Assembly (NCBI GenBank): GCA_050952625.1
Contig: JBMNLH010000001.1
Coordinates: 736,001 to 800,000 of the forward strand
Reading direction: 5' to 3'
Source of the DNA: Bacillota bacterium
GTDB lineage: Bacteria; Bacillota; Ch66; Ch109
Length of the DNA stretch: 64,000 bases
Positions 1 through 10,944 of this stretch are shown piece after piece; position 1 is the stretch's first letter; every line of letters starts with the position of its first letter. Below the pieces are notes generated by a model. It saw only the letters and a program-made list of their open reading frames with translations, made no database searches and was not told the origin of the DNA. The position numbers and the translations under genes are program-made.

Positions 1-1230
1 AAACATTTGCAGGACCCGATTATTCCCCCGCGTGAGCTTGACCCCACCATACCTGAGCCAGTAGAACAGGTCATTTTGCGGGCTCTCAATAAAGATCCCA
101 AAAAACGTTTCAGCTCGGCCCGGGAAATGTTGAAGGCTCTTAAAGCTGCCGGCCGCGGCGAAACAATTGATTTTCTCCTGGAGCCATATGATGAAGGTAC
201 GGCAGAAGGCAGGCAGCCGCTTCCAGACAATAATAACCCAACCTGGCAGGATGAAACTCGTTCTTTTGAACGACCGGCCGGCCAGGTAAACAAAACGAAA
301 AAAAAGCCGCGACCAATAACCTGGGTTTTGCTATCCTTGTTGATTTTAGGCTTATTTATCGGTCTGGTTTATGCTGGCAGTAAGTTGGTGATGGTGCCAG
401 ATGTCACCGTACCCAACGTTCAGGGCAAACTAGCCGAGGAGGCGATTCGAGAACTGCGGATTGCCGGTCTGGAAGGCGTGGTGGTTAGCAAACCTTTTAA
501 TAACGAAATTGAAAAAGATCGGGTGATCTCACAAAAACCGCTGCCCAATGAACTAGCGAAAAAGGGAAGACAGGTTGAACTGATAGTTAGTCAAGGGGCC
601 CAATTAGATGTGGTACCTAATGTTAAGGGCCGCAACGCAACGGAAGCCGGGATTTTGTTAAGCAACCGGGGATTTAAGTCTGAAGTGGAAGAGGTTTATG
701 ACTCCCTGACCGCTAAAGGCTTAGTAATCAGCCAAACGCCAGCCGCGGACTCCCAGCAGCCTATCGGCACAACGGTTCACTTGTATGTCAGTCTCGGGCC
801 TGAACCTCAGGACATTTATATGCCTGATTTAGTTGGTAAAAAATTGGAAGAGGCGCAGGCCAAGCTAACTCAAATGGGACTAACCCTGGGTTCGGTGACG
901 GAAGAAGCGAGTAACCAGTATTTTGTCGGGCAAGTGGTCAATCAGGACCCGGCCGTGAATAAGCCGGTACCGCCAGGCGGTGTGGTTAACTTGAAGGTCA
1001 GTAAAGGACCAGGTCCTTTTCCGTTATCGGAGGAGATCGAGCTAGATGTACCTAAGACGGGTACGAAACATGAAGTCGTGATAGTAGTTGAGGATTTGAA
1101 AGGTACCCGAGAAGAATACAGCCGGCTCCATGAGCCGGGGGATCGGGTTAAGACCATGGTTCGTTATTACGGTCAAGCTAGAATCCGGGTATTACTGGAT
1201 GGAAAACAAGTTGAAGAGAAAAATTTATAA
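1..1230 (+). CDS. prkC: PASTA-domain Ser/Thr protein kinase, 3' part (5' end lies before the window)
   Basis: Kinase C-lobe end (VILRALNKDPKKRFSSA), one TM helix, three PASTA repeats (VPNV/MPDL...VSxG); upstream of rsgA-rpe. Confidence 0.92.
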   Translation, partial: KHLQDPIIPPRELDPTIPEPVEQVILRALNKDPKKRFSSAREMLKALKAAGRGETIDFLLEPYDEGTAEGRQPLPDNNNPTWQDETRSFERPAGQVNKTKKKPRPITWVLLSLLILGLFIGLVYAGSKLVMVPDVTVPNVQGKLAEEAIRELRIAGLEGVVVSKPFNNEIEKDRVISQKPLPNELAKKGRQVELIVSQGAQLDVVPNVKGRNATEAGILLSNRGFKSEVEEVYDSLTAKGLVISQTPAADSQQPIGTTVHLYVSLGPEPQDIYMPDLVGKKLEEAQAKLTQMGLTLGSVTEEASNQYFVGQVVNQDPAVNKPVPPGGVVNLKVSKGPGPFPLSEEIELDVPKTGTKHEVVIVVEDLKGTREEYSRLHEPGDRVKTMVRYYGQARIRVLLDGKQVEEKNL

Positions 1231-1240
1231 TGAGGGGAAT

Positions 1241-2116
1241 ATGCAGGAAGGGATTATTGTCCGAGCTTACTCCAGCTTCTACTACGTTAAGGTAGACCAG
1301 GAAATTTGGGAATGCAAGCTCAGAGGTAAATTTCGACAGACCAAGGAGCGGGTATTAACCGGTGACCGGGTGCTCGTGCAAGCGATTGCGTCGGGACGTG
1401 GAGTAATTGAAAAGGTTCTCCCGCGTGATCGAGAGTTAATTCGGCCGCCAGTGGCTAACGTGCATCAGGTCGTCATTGTGATGGCCTTAACCAGTCCGGA
1501 CCCGAATCTGGGTTTGCTGGATCGACTGCTGGTCCTAACCGAAGAGGAGTCGCTGGAACCAGTAATTGTTTTTAATAAGGCAGACCTTGCCACCCCCGAG
1601 AGACGCGCGGATTTAGTTCAGCTGTACAGCCGAGCCGGCTATCCGGTCCTGTTGACTAGTGCGTTTACCGGCCAGGGCATCGCTGAACTTAAAGACTGCT
1701 TAAAGGAAAAGATATCGGTTTTAGCCGGCCCCTCCGGTGTCGGCAAATCGTCTTTGCTTAACCAGGTTCAGCCTGGCTTGACTCTGCGGACGAGCGAGGT
1801 TAGCCGAAAGATCGGCCGGGGTCGGCATACCACTCGTTTTGTGGAGTTGCTTTCGCTGGAGGATGGTGGGTTAGTGGCTGATTCTCCTGGCTTTAGCGTT
1901 CTTTCCTTGCCGCGAATGAAGCGAGAAGAATTGAGTGGCTACTTTCGGGAACTAGCCGAGTTTACTGGCCGCTGCCGCTTTAATTCTTGCCTGCACCGCA
2001 GCGAACCAAGCTGCCAGGTAAAACAGGCTCTCGAAGAAGGCTTGATTGATGAACGACGCTACGAAAGCTACCTGACCCTGCTTCAAGAAGTGATCGAAAA
2101 TGAGCAGCGGTATTAA
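1241..2116 (+). CDS. rsgA: Ribosome small subunit-dependent GTPase A
   Basis: Circularly permuted GTPase motifs NKAD, GPSGVGKS, GRHTT, DSPG; C-terminal CRFNSCLHRSEPSC Zn site; start moved to ATG 1241 after GAGGGG. Confidence 0.96.
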   Translation: MQEGIIVRAYSSFYYVKVDQEIWECKLRGKFRQTKERVLTGDRVLVQAIASGRGVIEKVLPRDRELIRPPVANVHQVVIVMALTSPDPNLGLLDRLLVLTEEESLEPVIVFNKADLATPERRADLVQLYSRAGYPVLLTSAFTGQGIAELKDCLKEKISVLAGPSGVGKSSLLNQVQPGLTLRTSEVSRKIGRGRHTTRFVELLSLEDGGLVADSPGFSVLSLPRMKREELSGYFRELAEFTGRCRFNSCLHRSEPSCQVKQALEEGLIDERRYESYLTLLQEVIENEQRY

Positions 2117-2272
2117 ATATTTATGATAATTTTTACACAGTGGAGGATTTTACGCTTGCTTCACCTTGCACCACTCAAAGTCACAAACGAAGCATGACAT
2201 TTTTTGTAATTTTGTAATAAAGATATATTAGGTAATTAACAAATATATTCAATCAGAAAGGTTACAATAATT

Positions 2273-2956
2273 ATGCTCAAGATTGCTCCATCGATTTTAT
2301 CTGCAGATTTTAGCCGACTTGCTGAACAGGTAAAACTAGTTGAAGAAGCTAAGGCTGACTATCTACACCTGGATGTGATGGACGGTCATTTTGTCCCCAA
2401 TATTACCTTTGGTCCTTTGGTCGTAAGTGCCTTGCGTTCGGTTTCGGGACTTTTTTTTGACACCCATCTGATGATTGAGAACCCGGAGCGGTATGCTGAA
2501 GACTTTGTTAGTGTCGGGGCAGATCTAATCACGATCCACGCGGAGGTTTGTCCGCATTTGCACCGGTCCGTGCAGCAGATTAAAGATTTGGGCGTTAAGG
2601 TAGGCGTAGCCCTCAACCCGGCAACTCCTCTGACGGGTTTAGAATACATCCTGGAGGAACTGGATCTGGTTCTCTTAATGACAGTAAACCCGGGCTTTGG
2701 TGGGCAGAACTTTATCCCAGCTGTTTTGCCGAAAATTCGCCAGCTTAGGCAGATGATTAATGAACGTGGATTAACTACCGAACTAGAGGTAGATGGCGGC
2801 GTTAACCTGGAAACAGTCCAGGCGGTCGTTGAGGCCGGAGCCGACGTGCTGGTGGCTGGGTCAGCAGTGTTTAAGGCCCCAGACATTCCGCAAGCTGTCA
2901 GGGATTTGCGGGAGAAGGGGTTATTAATGAAAGGAAAGGGAGAAATCCAACCATGA
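2273..2956 (+). CDS. rpe: Ribulose-phosphate 3-epimerase
   Basis: [36 protein letters not shown] motifs. Confidence 0.97.
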   Translation: MLKIAPSILSADFSRLAEQVKLVEEAKADYLHLDVMDGHFVPNITFGPLVVSALRSVSGLFFDTHLMIENPERYAEDFVSVGADLITIHAEVCPHLHRSVQQIKDLGVKVGVALNPATPLTGLEYILEELDLVLLMTVNPGFGGQNFIPAVLPKIRQLRQMINERGLTTELEVDGGVNLETVQAVVEAGADVLVAGSAVFKAPDIPQAVRDLREKGLLMKGKGEIQP

Positions 2957-3192
2957 TTAGTAAAGAATTGATTGAACGGATTAATTATTTAGCTCGCAAA
3001 AGTAAAACCGAGGGCCTCACCCCCGAAGAAAAAGAAGAGCAGGCCCAGGTTAGGCGGCAGTATCTGGATGCCATCAAAGCCCGGGTTACTGACACCCTGG
3101 ATCGAGTGAAGTTTGTCGATCAAAAACCAACCGAATGTTCTTGCGACTATCTGCACCCGGGACCCTGCTCACAGCATAAAATAAGGCATTAG
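2953..3192 (+). CDS. DUF896 (YnzC-like) family protein
   Basis: [30 protein letters not shown] signature; ATGA overlap with rpe. Confidence 0.85.
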   Translation: MISKELIERINYLARKSKTEGLTPEEKEEQAQVRRQYLDAIKARVTDTLDRVKFVDQKPTECSCDYLHPGPCSQHKIRH

Positions 3193-3261
3193 AGGTTAAA
3201 CTTTTCCATTTTTCCTTCCATAGTTCCAAAGTGGAGAGTTTGAGTTGGGGGGTGATCGATA

Positions 3262-4125
3262 ATGTGGTTAAACAAACCAGTCTTATTTGCAATTATCTTT
3301 ACCCTATTAGTCGCTTGTGGTTTCATTATGTTCAACTGCGCTAAAAAAGCAGAGCGGGTAAGTGCCGATCAAACCAAATGGCTGACCAGCACCTTAATCG
3401 CCCATCGAGGAATGCATAGCGAGAGCGAAAATATCCCGGAGAATACCCTGCTGGCATTTGCCAGGGCTATTGAAAACGGTTACATTATTGAGCTTGATGT
3501 AGCCATGACCAAAGACAAGAAACTAGTAGTCTATCACGATAAGAAATTGAAGCGCTTGTTTGGCCTGGAAGCGTATATAAGTGAAATGGATTATAGTGAG
3601 TTAGCCGAATTACGATTTGCTAATTCTACAGAAAAGATACCCTTATTTGAGGAAGTCCTGGCTTTAGTGAACGGGCAAGTTCCCCTGTTGATCGAGATTA
3701 AGAATGAGGGTGCCGTGGGGGAATTAGAGAGCCAGCTTTACGATCAATTAAAGAGCTATTCTGGGCAGTACGCAATTCAATCCTTTAATCCATATTCCGT
3801 GGCTTGGTACCGAAAAAATGCCCCAGAGGTGCTTCGGGGACAGCTTTCCGGGAGTTTTGAGGTCAGTGATTATGAGGTTGAGTACGCGGGAACAACACGC
3901 CTACCCTGGTATCAGAAAATACTCCTTTCAAACTTGTTGCTGAATTTTGAAAGCAGACCCAATTTTATCGCCTATGAGATTAATAACAATGATATTGACA
4001 AACTGAATAGCTTAAGAAAACTGGATGTGCCAGTTTTGGGTTGGACCGTAAAAAGTGTGGAAGAATATGAAAGAGTGAAGTCGGTGTTTGATAACTTTAT
4101 TGTTGAGGAATTTGCGTTGGAATAG
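3262..4125 (+). CDS. Glycerophosphodiester phosphodiesterase family protein with N-terminal membrane anchor/signal
   Basis: IAHRG, PENT, IELDV, VYHD, IEIK motifs. Confidence 0.9.
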   Translation: MWLNKPVLFAIIFTLLVACGFIMFNCAKKAERVSADQTKWLTSTLIAHRGMHSESENIPENTLLAFARAIENGYIIELDVAMTKDKKLVVYHDKKLKRLFGLEAYISEMDYSELAELRFANSTEKIPLFEEVLALVNGQVPLLIEIKNEGAVGELESQLYDQLKSYSGQYAIQSFNPYSVAWYRKNAPEVLRGQLSGSFEVSDYEVEYAGTTRLPWYQKILLSNLLLNFESRPNFIAYEINNNDIDKLNSLRKLDVPVLGWTVKSVEEYERVKSVFDNFIVEEFALE

Positions 4126-4172
4126 AAATGCTGGAATAAAAATGATAGAAGGAAATAAATCATATATCTAAA

Positions 4173-4210
4173 GTCGTCTCCTGTTAGATTTAGCAAGAGG
4201 CGGTTTTTTT
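4173..4210 (+). terminator. Intrinsic terminator after the GDPD gene
   Basis: GTCGTCTC...GAGGCGGT imperfect stem followed by a T run. Confidence 0.55.
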
Positions 4211-4327
4211 CATTCAATGCTGTTCACATTTACGTGATCGGTTAAAGAAATCTATCAAAATTCCTGATCTGTTTGCAAATTATCTAGTATTATAATGTAT
4301 ACGAGCAGAAAAAAGGTGTTGAACAGA

Positions 4328-4690
4328 ATGAATTTTATTGGTAATATCATTTGGCTGTTAATTGGTGGCATCATTGCTTTTGTTGGCTGGGTATTAGCTG
4401 GTTTGATTTTGTGTGTAACAGTTATTGGTATACCCTTCGGAGTGCAATGTTTCAAGATTGCTCAATTTGTATTATGGCCTTTTGGAAAAGAGATAGAACT
4501 TGGTCATTTTGGAGCAGGGGGATTGATTTTTAATATTATCTGGCTTATCTTTTTTGGTTGGGAGTTTGCCATAGCTCATCTGATTATAGGTGCTATCTTT
4601 TGTATAACAATTGTCGGTATACCATTTGGAATTCAGCATTTTAAATTTGCCAAACTTGGGCTCATCCCTTTTGGAGCGAAAATACGCTAG
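4328..4690 (+). CDS. YccF-domain inner membrane protein
   Basis: Two repeats of N-I-I-W-L-x-x-x-G ... C-x-T-x-x-G-I-P-F-G-x-Q-x-F-K ... PFG. Confidence 0.9.
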   Translation: MNFIGNIIWLLIGGIIAFVGWVLAGLILCVTVIGIPFGVQCFKIAQFVLWPFGKEIELGHFGAGGLIFNIIWLIFFGWEFAIAHLIIGAIFCITIVGIPFGIQHFKFAKLGLIPFGAKIR

Positions 4691-4905
4691 ACACAATGCG
4701 GCTTCCACGTAGATTCATAAGTTGTTATAACATCTGGGCGAATGCTGATCAAGGCGAGTCACTAAGGCTAAATATAGAAATAAAATGCGGCGAAATACAA
4801 TATACAAACTTTCCGTGCCAGTCCCCAGGCAACGAGTGGTAGTAACCATAGCAATATTGGATGAAATCTTCGTTTTTAGAACGGTAAGGAAAGAGAGGCC
4901 CAAAC

Positions 4906-5337
4906 GTGCAAAGAGAATACAAGATCCGGAAGGTTAAAAGCTCAATAATGGGAACTCGCGCCTATGAATTCGGGGAGTGCTTTGTCATGGTCGGGCGGGA
5001 AGATATCGGGTCCGGCAATTATCAATGGCATTTAAGCATTAGCCATCCAAACCGCTACCCAACCTGGGACGAAATACGAGATGCCAGGGATCGATTTGTT
5101 CCGGATCATGTAACGATGGTGATGTTCTTGCTATCCAGAGCCGATTATGTGAACACTTACGAAAATTGTTTTCATTTATGGGAATTAGATGAAAAGCGAG
5201 CACTAACGGAAAATACAGTGGAGAAAAACTCAAATCCAGCGAGGGAAAACAAAGTAACTTGCCCAGATTGCCATCAAGCCATGATCAAAACGCAAATAGA
5301 ACCAGGGATTTATGGCTGGATCTGTGGCTGTGAATGA
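4906..5337 (+). CDS. Phage-type hypothetical protein with C-terminal zinc-ribbon-like tail
   Basis: WHLSISHPNRYPTWDE...YVN...NCFHLW motif recalled from phage proteins; CPDC...CGC tail; GTG start after GAGAGG. Confidence 0.6.
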   Translation: MQREYKIRKVKSSIMGTRAYEFGECFVMVGREDIGSGNYQWHLSISHPNRYPTWDEIRDARDRFVPDHVTMVMFLLSRADYVNTYENCFHLWELDEKRALTENTVEKNSNPARENKVTCPDCHQAMIKTQIEPGIYGWICGCE

Positions 5338-5345
5338 TGGCCAAA

Positions 5346-6287
5346 CTAATTAATTCTGGCAATGTATACGTTATTTATATTGACACTGCCATACTTTTTT
5401 GAATTGCTATTTAATACATTGAAATATTCAGTTTTATAATTAATGCCATTGGTCGATTCTTGACTTGACCAGTATTTAAGCCCGATGATTTTTCCATTAT
5501 CTCTAATCCAATTAATAAAGACAGCTGTATGCCCGGTATTGTTTTCTCTGGAGAAATCGATAAAATCTCCCGCTTTAGCCTCTTCCAAATTGGTTATTCG
5601 CTTGCCGATGCCATATTTCTCCACGGCAACGGCAATATTACTAACTGATTTCTTGCCTTTTGCGACATACCAGGTTAACATAAAGTCATGCAACTCTTCC
5701 CAGGTCATTCCATTAAAATTATTAATTGAAACCCCTAAATCTCGATTTCTCTGCTGCATCGCTTTGAAAAACACTTCAAAGGTTATCCCCGAGCAGTGGG
5801 ACGCTCTGTTCCCGCTGGGGTGAGCTTTGGCGATAATTCTACCCTGATAAACCAGGGTAGAAGTTACTCCATTGTAGTTATTATAATCATTATTCATTAA
5901 ATAAGGGTAATTCCCGATTTTATATGTATTTATAACATTTAAAACATATTTATTTAAGTTTTGACTTTGCGGTGAATTAGTCCTAGCTGGTTTGTCGGAA
6001 ATGTTTTTTATTGGTTTGTTAATAGATTGAGCATTAGCATTATTTATTTCATCAGGTTTTTCGTTAGGCTCTTCATTGAGACCTTCATTCGCGATCGATA
6101 GTTCATGCTCATCGGTTAAGTTTGTGTTTGTTTGAGTATCAGCTAGCGCAATATCTTGGTGATCCATAATCACTTCGGCTTCCTTTTGGGGCCCAGTTAA
6201 ATCAAGGCTTGTCCGGGCAGTCTTTATCGAGCTATAACCAGCTAGGAGTAGACTTATGACGAGAATTGGAAGTAAAAGTTTTTTCAT
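5346..6287 (-). CDS. Secreted hypothetical protein with putative papain-like Cys-His (NlpC/P60-like) domain
   Basis: Signal peptide MKKLLLPILVISLLLAG, N/E-rich linker, HCSG and GDFIDF...GHTAVF motifs. Confidence 0.6.
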   Translation of the reverse strand: MKKLLLPILVISLLLAGYSSIKTARTSLDLTGPQKEAEVIMDHQDIALADTQTNTNLTDEHELSIANEGLNEEPNEKPDEINNANAQSINKPIKNISDKPARTNSPQSQNLNKYVLNVINTYKIGNYPYLMNNDYNNYNGVTSTLVYQGRIIAKAHPSGNRASHCSGITFEVFFKAMQQRNRDLGVSINNFNGMTWEELHDFMLTWYVAKGKKSVSNIAVAVEKYGIGKRITNLEEAKAGDFIDFSRENNTGHTAVFINWIRDNGKIIGLKYWSSQESTNGINYKTEYFNVLNSNSKKYGSVNINNVYIARIN

Positions 6288-6578
6288 AACAGCATACCTT
6301 TGCCTATATTTTTCTTTAATTTTGTTGGTAATCTAGATCTGCAATTTACTTTAAAGTATGAATTTGCTAATTATACCTAGTATAGCATTGATGATTTGGC
6401 AAGTGTAACGACAATTGTTGGAAGTTGTCTCCTGATGTTTCACTACAAATATTTGAGCCTAATAGTGTATAATGTACCATAACAATAATAATGATAAATC
6501 GCATTGACGATCTCTGCGGCATCACCTTCAAAGTGCGTATAATATGTGGCTTGAGCGGGGAGGGGGAACGGGAAGCAT

Positions 6579-9500
6579 ATGCTGCGTATGGGATTAGATG
6601 TGGGATCGACTACGGTCAAGTTAGTAATAATGGACGATAACGGAGCCATAATTTATCAAAACTATCAGCGGCACTATGCAGAAACCATTAAACATACCAA
6701 GGAGCTTTTGATTAATGCCTTTAAGCAGATTGGCAACCGACCACTAACGGTGATGATTACTGGTTCGGCTGGGCTCGCTATCTCCTCCTGGTTGGGCATT
6801 AAACACGTTCAAGAAGTAATTGCCTGTAATCAGGCCATTGAAAGATTCATTCCTCAGACCGATGTGGCGATTGAACTGGGAGGCGAAGATGCGAAAATTA
6901 CTTTTTTCCGGGGCGGTTTGGACCAGCGAATGAATGGGATCTGTGCCGGGGGAACCGGGGCTTTTATTGATCAAATGGCTACCTTGCTCGGGACCGATTC
7001 TCTTGGCTTAAACGAATTGGCTAAACGTTATTCTACTATCTACCCAGTGGCCGCCCGCTGCGGCGTTTTTGCCAAAACAGATATTCAGGTCCTTTTAAAT
7101 GAAGGGGCACGGAAAGAAGACGTTGCCGCTTCTGTGTTTCAAGCGGTTGTCTATCAGACAATCAGTGGTTTGGCCTGTGGTAAGTCAATCACTGGTCAAG
7201 TTGCCTTTCTCGGAGGCCCTTTGCATTTCTTGTCTGAGCTACGGCAACGGTTTAAAGATACCTTAAAGCTTAACGACCACCAGGCCTTGTTTCCGGACCG
7301 GGCACAGTTCTTTGTCGCCATCGGGGCTGCTCTAGCCTCCAGAGGCAGCAGTGCCATTAATCTGCCCGCCTTGATTAGACGGTTAGAGGAATTAGACATA
7401 TCTGACCACCATGAGCTCTCTCGGTTACAGCCTTTATTTAATAATGTAGACGAGTTGGTTAGTTTTCGTCAAAGACATGAGGCCCATCAGGTAACCAGAA
7501 GGGATTTGGCCACCTTTGCCGGGGATTGTTTTTTGGGTCTGGATGCCGGTTCAACAACGACAAAGGCGGTTTTGATTGATGAAGAAGGATCATTGCTTTA
7601 TTCTTTCTATGGTAATAATACCGGCAGTCCCTTGAGCTCAGCCTTAAATATTTTACAGGATTTGTACCGTCAGCTACCAAGTGCGGCTAAAATTGCGAAA
7701 GCAGTTGTAACTGGCTATGGTGAAGGGCTATTAAAAGCCGCCTTGCGCTTTGATGTGGGAGAAGTGGAAACCATCGCCCACTATACAGCCGCGCAGTTTT
7801 TTAATCCCGGGGTTGATTTAATCTTAGATATTGGCGGCCAGGACATGAAGTGTCTTAAGATTAAAGACGGAGTCATTGAAAATGTTATGCTCAATGAGGC
7901 CTGCTCATCCGGGTGCGGTTCCTTTATTGAAACTTTTGGCCATTCCCTAAATATACCAGTTCAAGATTTTGCCGAGTTAGCGTTAAGCGCGGACAAACCA
8001 GTTGATTTAGGAACTAGATGTACGGTCTTCATGAACTCAATGGTGAAACAAGCCCAGAAAGAAGGAGCAACGGTTGGGGATATTTCGGCCGGGATAGCTT
8101 ATTCGGTGATTAAAAATGCTTTGTTTAAGGTAATGAAGCTTAGAAAGGCCGAGGACTTAGGGGAAAAAATCGTAGTTCAGGGCGGAACCTTTAAAAATGA
8201 TGCGGTTCTCCGCAGCCTGGAGCTTATTACCGGCAAAGAAGTAGTTCGACCCAATATTGCGCCTTTAATGGGAGCTTTTGGAGCAGCCCTGATTGCCCGC
8301 AATCGTCACCAAAAAGGGCAGCAAAGTACCCTGTTATCCCCTGAACAGCTAGAGCAGTTTTCTATTCAAACCCGATTAAATCGTTGTAGCGGCTGTGGCA
8401 ACAATTGTTTACTTACCATAAACAGATTCAAGGACGGCGGCCGATTTATTTCCGGTAATCGTTGCGAAAAAAGCTTGGGCAAAGAAAGCAACCGTTCTAT
8501 CCCCAATCTGTATGATTATAAATATAAACGACTTCTGAGCTACGAAGCACTACCGGAAGAGGAAGCCCCGCGAGGGGTTATTGGCCTTCCCATGGTCCTG
8601 AATATGTATGAAAACTATCCTTTCTGGTTTACGTTTTTTACAGAGCTGGGTTTCCGGGTGCAGCTTTCTCCTCGGTCTTCCCGGGCTCTTTATGAGCTAG
8701 GTACAGATACTATTCCTTCAGATACAGCCTGTTTTCCGGCCAAGCTAGTGCACGGCCATATTGCTTCTCTGATCCAGCAAGGGGTAAAGACGATTTGGTA
8801 TCCTTCAATTATTCACGAACGTCAAGAGCAGTTAGAGGCTAACAACAACTTTAATTGTCCCATGGTTATTTCTTATCCGGAAGTAATCAAAAACAACATG
8901 GACATGATCTTGGAAAACGATGTGCACTTAATGAACCCTTTTTTACCTTACAATAATCAAAAGCAGCTAGTAAAACGGCTGCACCAGGAACTCTCTGCCT
9001 GGCAGATTTCCAAAAAGGAAGTGGCGCGCGCTGTTAACAAAGCCTGGCAGGAAGATTTGCGTTTCAAAGAGGACATCCGGCAAAAGGGAGCGGAAATTTT
9101 GGCTTACCTTGAAGAAACCGGGCAGCAGGGCATTGTCTTGGCTGGTCGACCTTACCACATAGACCCGGAGATTAATCATGGTATCCCTGAGATTATTACT
9201 TCGCTGGGCGTAGCAGTTCTGACTGAAGACGCTGTAGCCCATTTGGGGAAGGTTGAACGCCCGATTCGGGTGATTGACCAATGGATGTATCATTCTCGGC
9301 TTTATGCTGCTGCGAGTTTCGTGAGCCACCAGGCTAATTTGGAACTAGTCCAACTTAATTCCTTTGGCTGCGGACTCGACGCGATTACAACCGATCAGGT
9401 TCAAGAGATTTTAAGTGCGCACGGGAAGATTTATACCGCTCTGAAAATTGATGAAGGAGCGAATCTCGGGGCCGCCAAAATTAGACTGCGTTCCCTCCTG

Positions 9501-10856
9501 GCAGTGATTAGGGATCGGGTACCGGTCAGCCGGCCCAAAGAAGCGGCGTCTTCTGTGCTTAAACGGATCGTTTTCACCGAAGAAATGAGGCAGCAGCATA
9601 CTATTCTGTGTCCCCAGATGGCCCCGATTCATTTTGATTTTTTAGAAACTGTTTTTAATAGTGAAGGATTTAATATTGAATTACTGCCCACCGTAGACAA
9701 GCAGGCCATAGATGAAGGGGTTAAATATGTCAACAATGACGCTTGCTACCCGGCGATTGTGGTTATTGGGCAGCTGTTAACCGCTCTGCAGTCGGGCAAA
9801 TATGATCTGAATAAGACCACCGTCGTTATCAGTCAGACTGGCGGGGGGTGCCGCGCGACTAACTATATCGGCTTATTACGGAAAGCCCTCAAAGAGGCAG
9901 GATTTCCCAATATTCCGGTCTTATCAGCTAACCTTTATGGAGCCGAAGACAATCCCGGATTCAAAATTACCCGCAAACTGCTACGGAAGGCAGTGAACGG
10001 GGTTGTTTATGGGGACTTATTGATGCGGGTCTTGCACCGGGTGAGGCCTTACGAAAAGATTCCGGGTTCGGCAGATTTGCTCTATAAGAAATGGGCCGAA
10101 CGCTGTAAAGAGCAGCTTATAATTGGCGATAAAAAGGGCTTTAAAGAAAACTTAAGGGGCATTGTTGAAGAATTTGACCAGTTGGAAATATCAAATGTCG
10201 CAAAACCGCGGGTGGGTGTGGTCGGGGAAATCCTGGTTAAATACCATCCGGCGGCTAATAATAATATCGTGCGGCTTTTGGAAGAAGAAGGAGCGGAAGT
10301 ACTGCTGCCCGACTTGTTGGATTTTTTCTTGTACTCTGCTTACGATAAAATCTTTATCTCAAAGGTTTTATCAGGAAAGATCAGCGATTTATTAGCGGGT
10401 AAATTGTTTGTCCATTATTTGCAAAGCAGTCGAAAATTCATGAATTTATGTTTGGATCAAAGTCATCGGTTTAGTGCACCCAGCTCAATCTATCATAAGG
10501 CCAGTCTAGCCAGCCAGATTATGTCGTTGGGACATCATTGTGGTGAGGGTTGGTTTCTAACTGCGGAAATGATTGATTTAATCAAGCACGGAGTGTCAAA
10601 CATCGTGTGTGTGCAACCTTTTGGTTGTCTGCCTAACCATGTCACTGGAAAAGGGATGATCAAAAAAATAAAAGCCAATTATCCGCAAGCCAATATAACG
10701 GCCATCGACTATGATCCGGGTGCCAGTGAGGTTAATCAGTTGAATCGTCTGAAACTCATGCTATCAGTTGCCTTTAAAAATATGCTGTCAACTGATGAAT
10801 CTTATCCTACTCTTAGTCTGCCGACGATGTCTTATGTGCCGATTTCTCAGCAATAA
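6579..10856 (+). CDS. 2-hydroxyacyl-CoA dehydratase activator-related multidomain protein (two BadF/BadG/BcrA/BcrD ATPase domains plus DUF2229-type domains)
   Basis: [10 protein letters not shown] and [52 protein letters not shown]. Confidence 0.9.
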   Translation: MLRMGLDVGSTTVKLVIMDDNGAIIYQNYQRHYAETIKHTKELLINAFKQIGNRPLTVMITGSAGLAISSWLGIKHVQEVIACNQAIERFIPQTDVAIELGGEDAKITFFRGGLDQRMNGICAGGTGAFIDQMATLLGTDSLGLNELAKRYSTIYPVAARCGVFAKTDIQVLLNEGARKEDVAASVFQAVVYQTISGLACGKSITGQVAFLGGPLHFLSELRQRFKDTLKLNDHQALFPDRAQFFVAIGAALASRGSSAINLPALIRRLEELDISDHHELSRLQPLFNNVDELVSFRQRHEAHQVTRRDLATFAGDCFLGLDAGSTTTKAVLIDEEGSLLYSFYGNNTGSPLSSALNILQDLYRQLPSAAKIAKAVVTGYGEGLLKAALRFDVGEVETIAHYTAAQFFNPGVDLILDIGGQDMKCLKIKDGVIENVMLNEACSSGCGSFIETFGHSLNIPVQDFAELALSADKPVDLGTRCTVFMNSMVKQAQKEGATVGDISAGIAYSVIKNALFKVMKLRKAEDLGEKIVVQGGTFKNDAVLRSLELITGKEVVRPNIAPLMGAFGAALIARNRHQKGQQSTLLSPEQLEQFSIQTRLNRCSGCGNNCLLTINRFKDGGRFISGNRCEKSLGKESNRSIPNLYDYKYKRLLSYEALPEEEAPRGVIGLPMVLNMYENYPFWFTFFTELGFRVQLSPRSSRALYELGTDTIPSDTACFPAKLVHGHIASLIQQGVKTIWYPSIIHERQEQLEANNNFNCPMVISYPEVIKNNMDMILENDVHLMNPFLPYNNQKQLVKRLHQELSAWQISKKEVARAVNKAWQEDLRFKEDIRQKGAEILAYLEETGQQGIVLAGRPYHIDPEINHGIPEIITSLGVAVLTEDAVAHLGKVERPIRVIDQWMYHSRLYAAASFVSHQANLELVQLNSFGCGLDAITTDQVQEILSAHGKIYTALKIDEGANLGAAKIRLRSLLAVIRDRVPVSRPKEAASSVLKRIVFTEEMRQQHTILCPQMAPIHFDFLETVFNSEGFNIELLPTVDKQAIDEGVKYVNNDACYPAIVVIGQLLTALQSGKYDLNKTTVVISQTGGGCRATNYIGLLRKALKEAGFPNIPVLSANLYGAEDNPGFKITRKLLRKAVNGVVYGDLLMRVLHRVRPYEKIPGSADLLYKKWAERCKEQLIIGDKKGFKENLRGIVEEFDQLEISNVAKPRVGVVGEILVKYHPAANNNIVRLLEEEGAEVLLPDLLDFFLYSAYDKIFISKVLSGKISDLLAGKLFVHYLQSSRKFMNLCLDQSHRFSAPSSIYHKASLASQIMSLGHHCGEGWFLTAEMIDLIKHGVSNIVCVQPFGCLPNHVTGKGMIKKIKANYPQANITAIDYDPGASEVNQLNRLKLMLSVAFKNMLSTDESYPTLSLPTMSYVPISQQ

Positions 10857-10883
10857 CCGGCCGGAGTTTATAATGCTTTCTCA

Positions 10884-10922
10884 AACAAAGACCCTGTCGC
10901 TCACGTCGACAGGGTCTTTGTT
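10884..10922. terminator. Bidirectional terminator between convergent genes
   Basis: Perfect 16-bp stem AACAAAGACCCTGTCG / CGACAGGGTCTTTGTT. Confidence 0.8.
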
Positions 10923-10944
10923 AATCAATGAGAAATCACAAGCG

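Noticed and set aside
4696-4842. 48-codon ORF with LNIEIKCGE, faintly like a Mu Com zinc ribbon
   Set aside because: No RBS and the Cys pairs are incomplete; too weak to call
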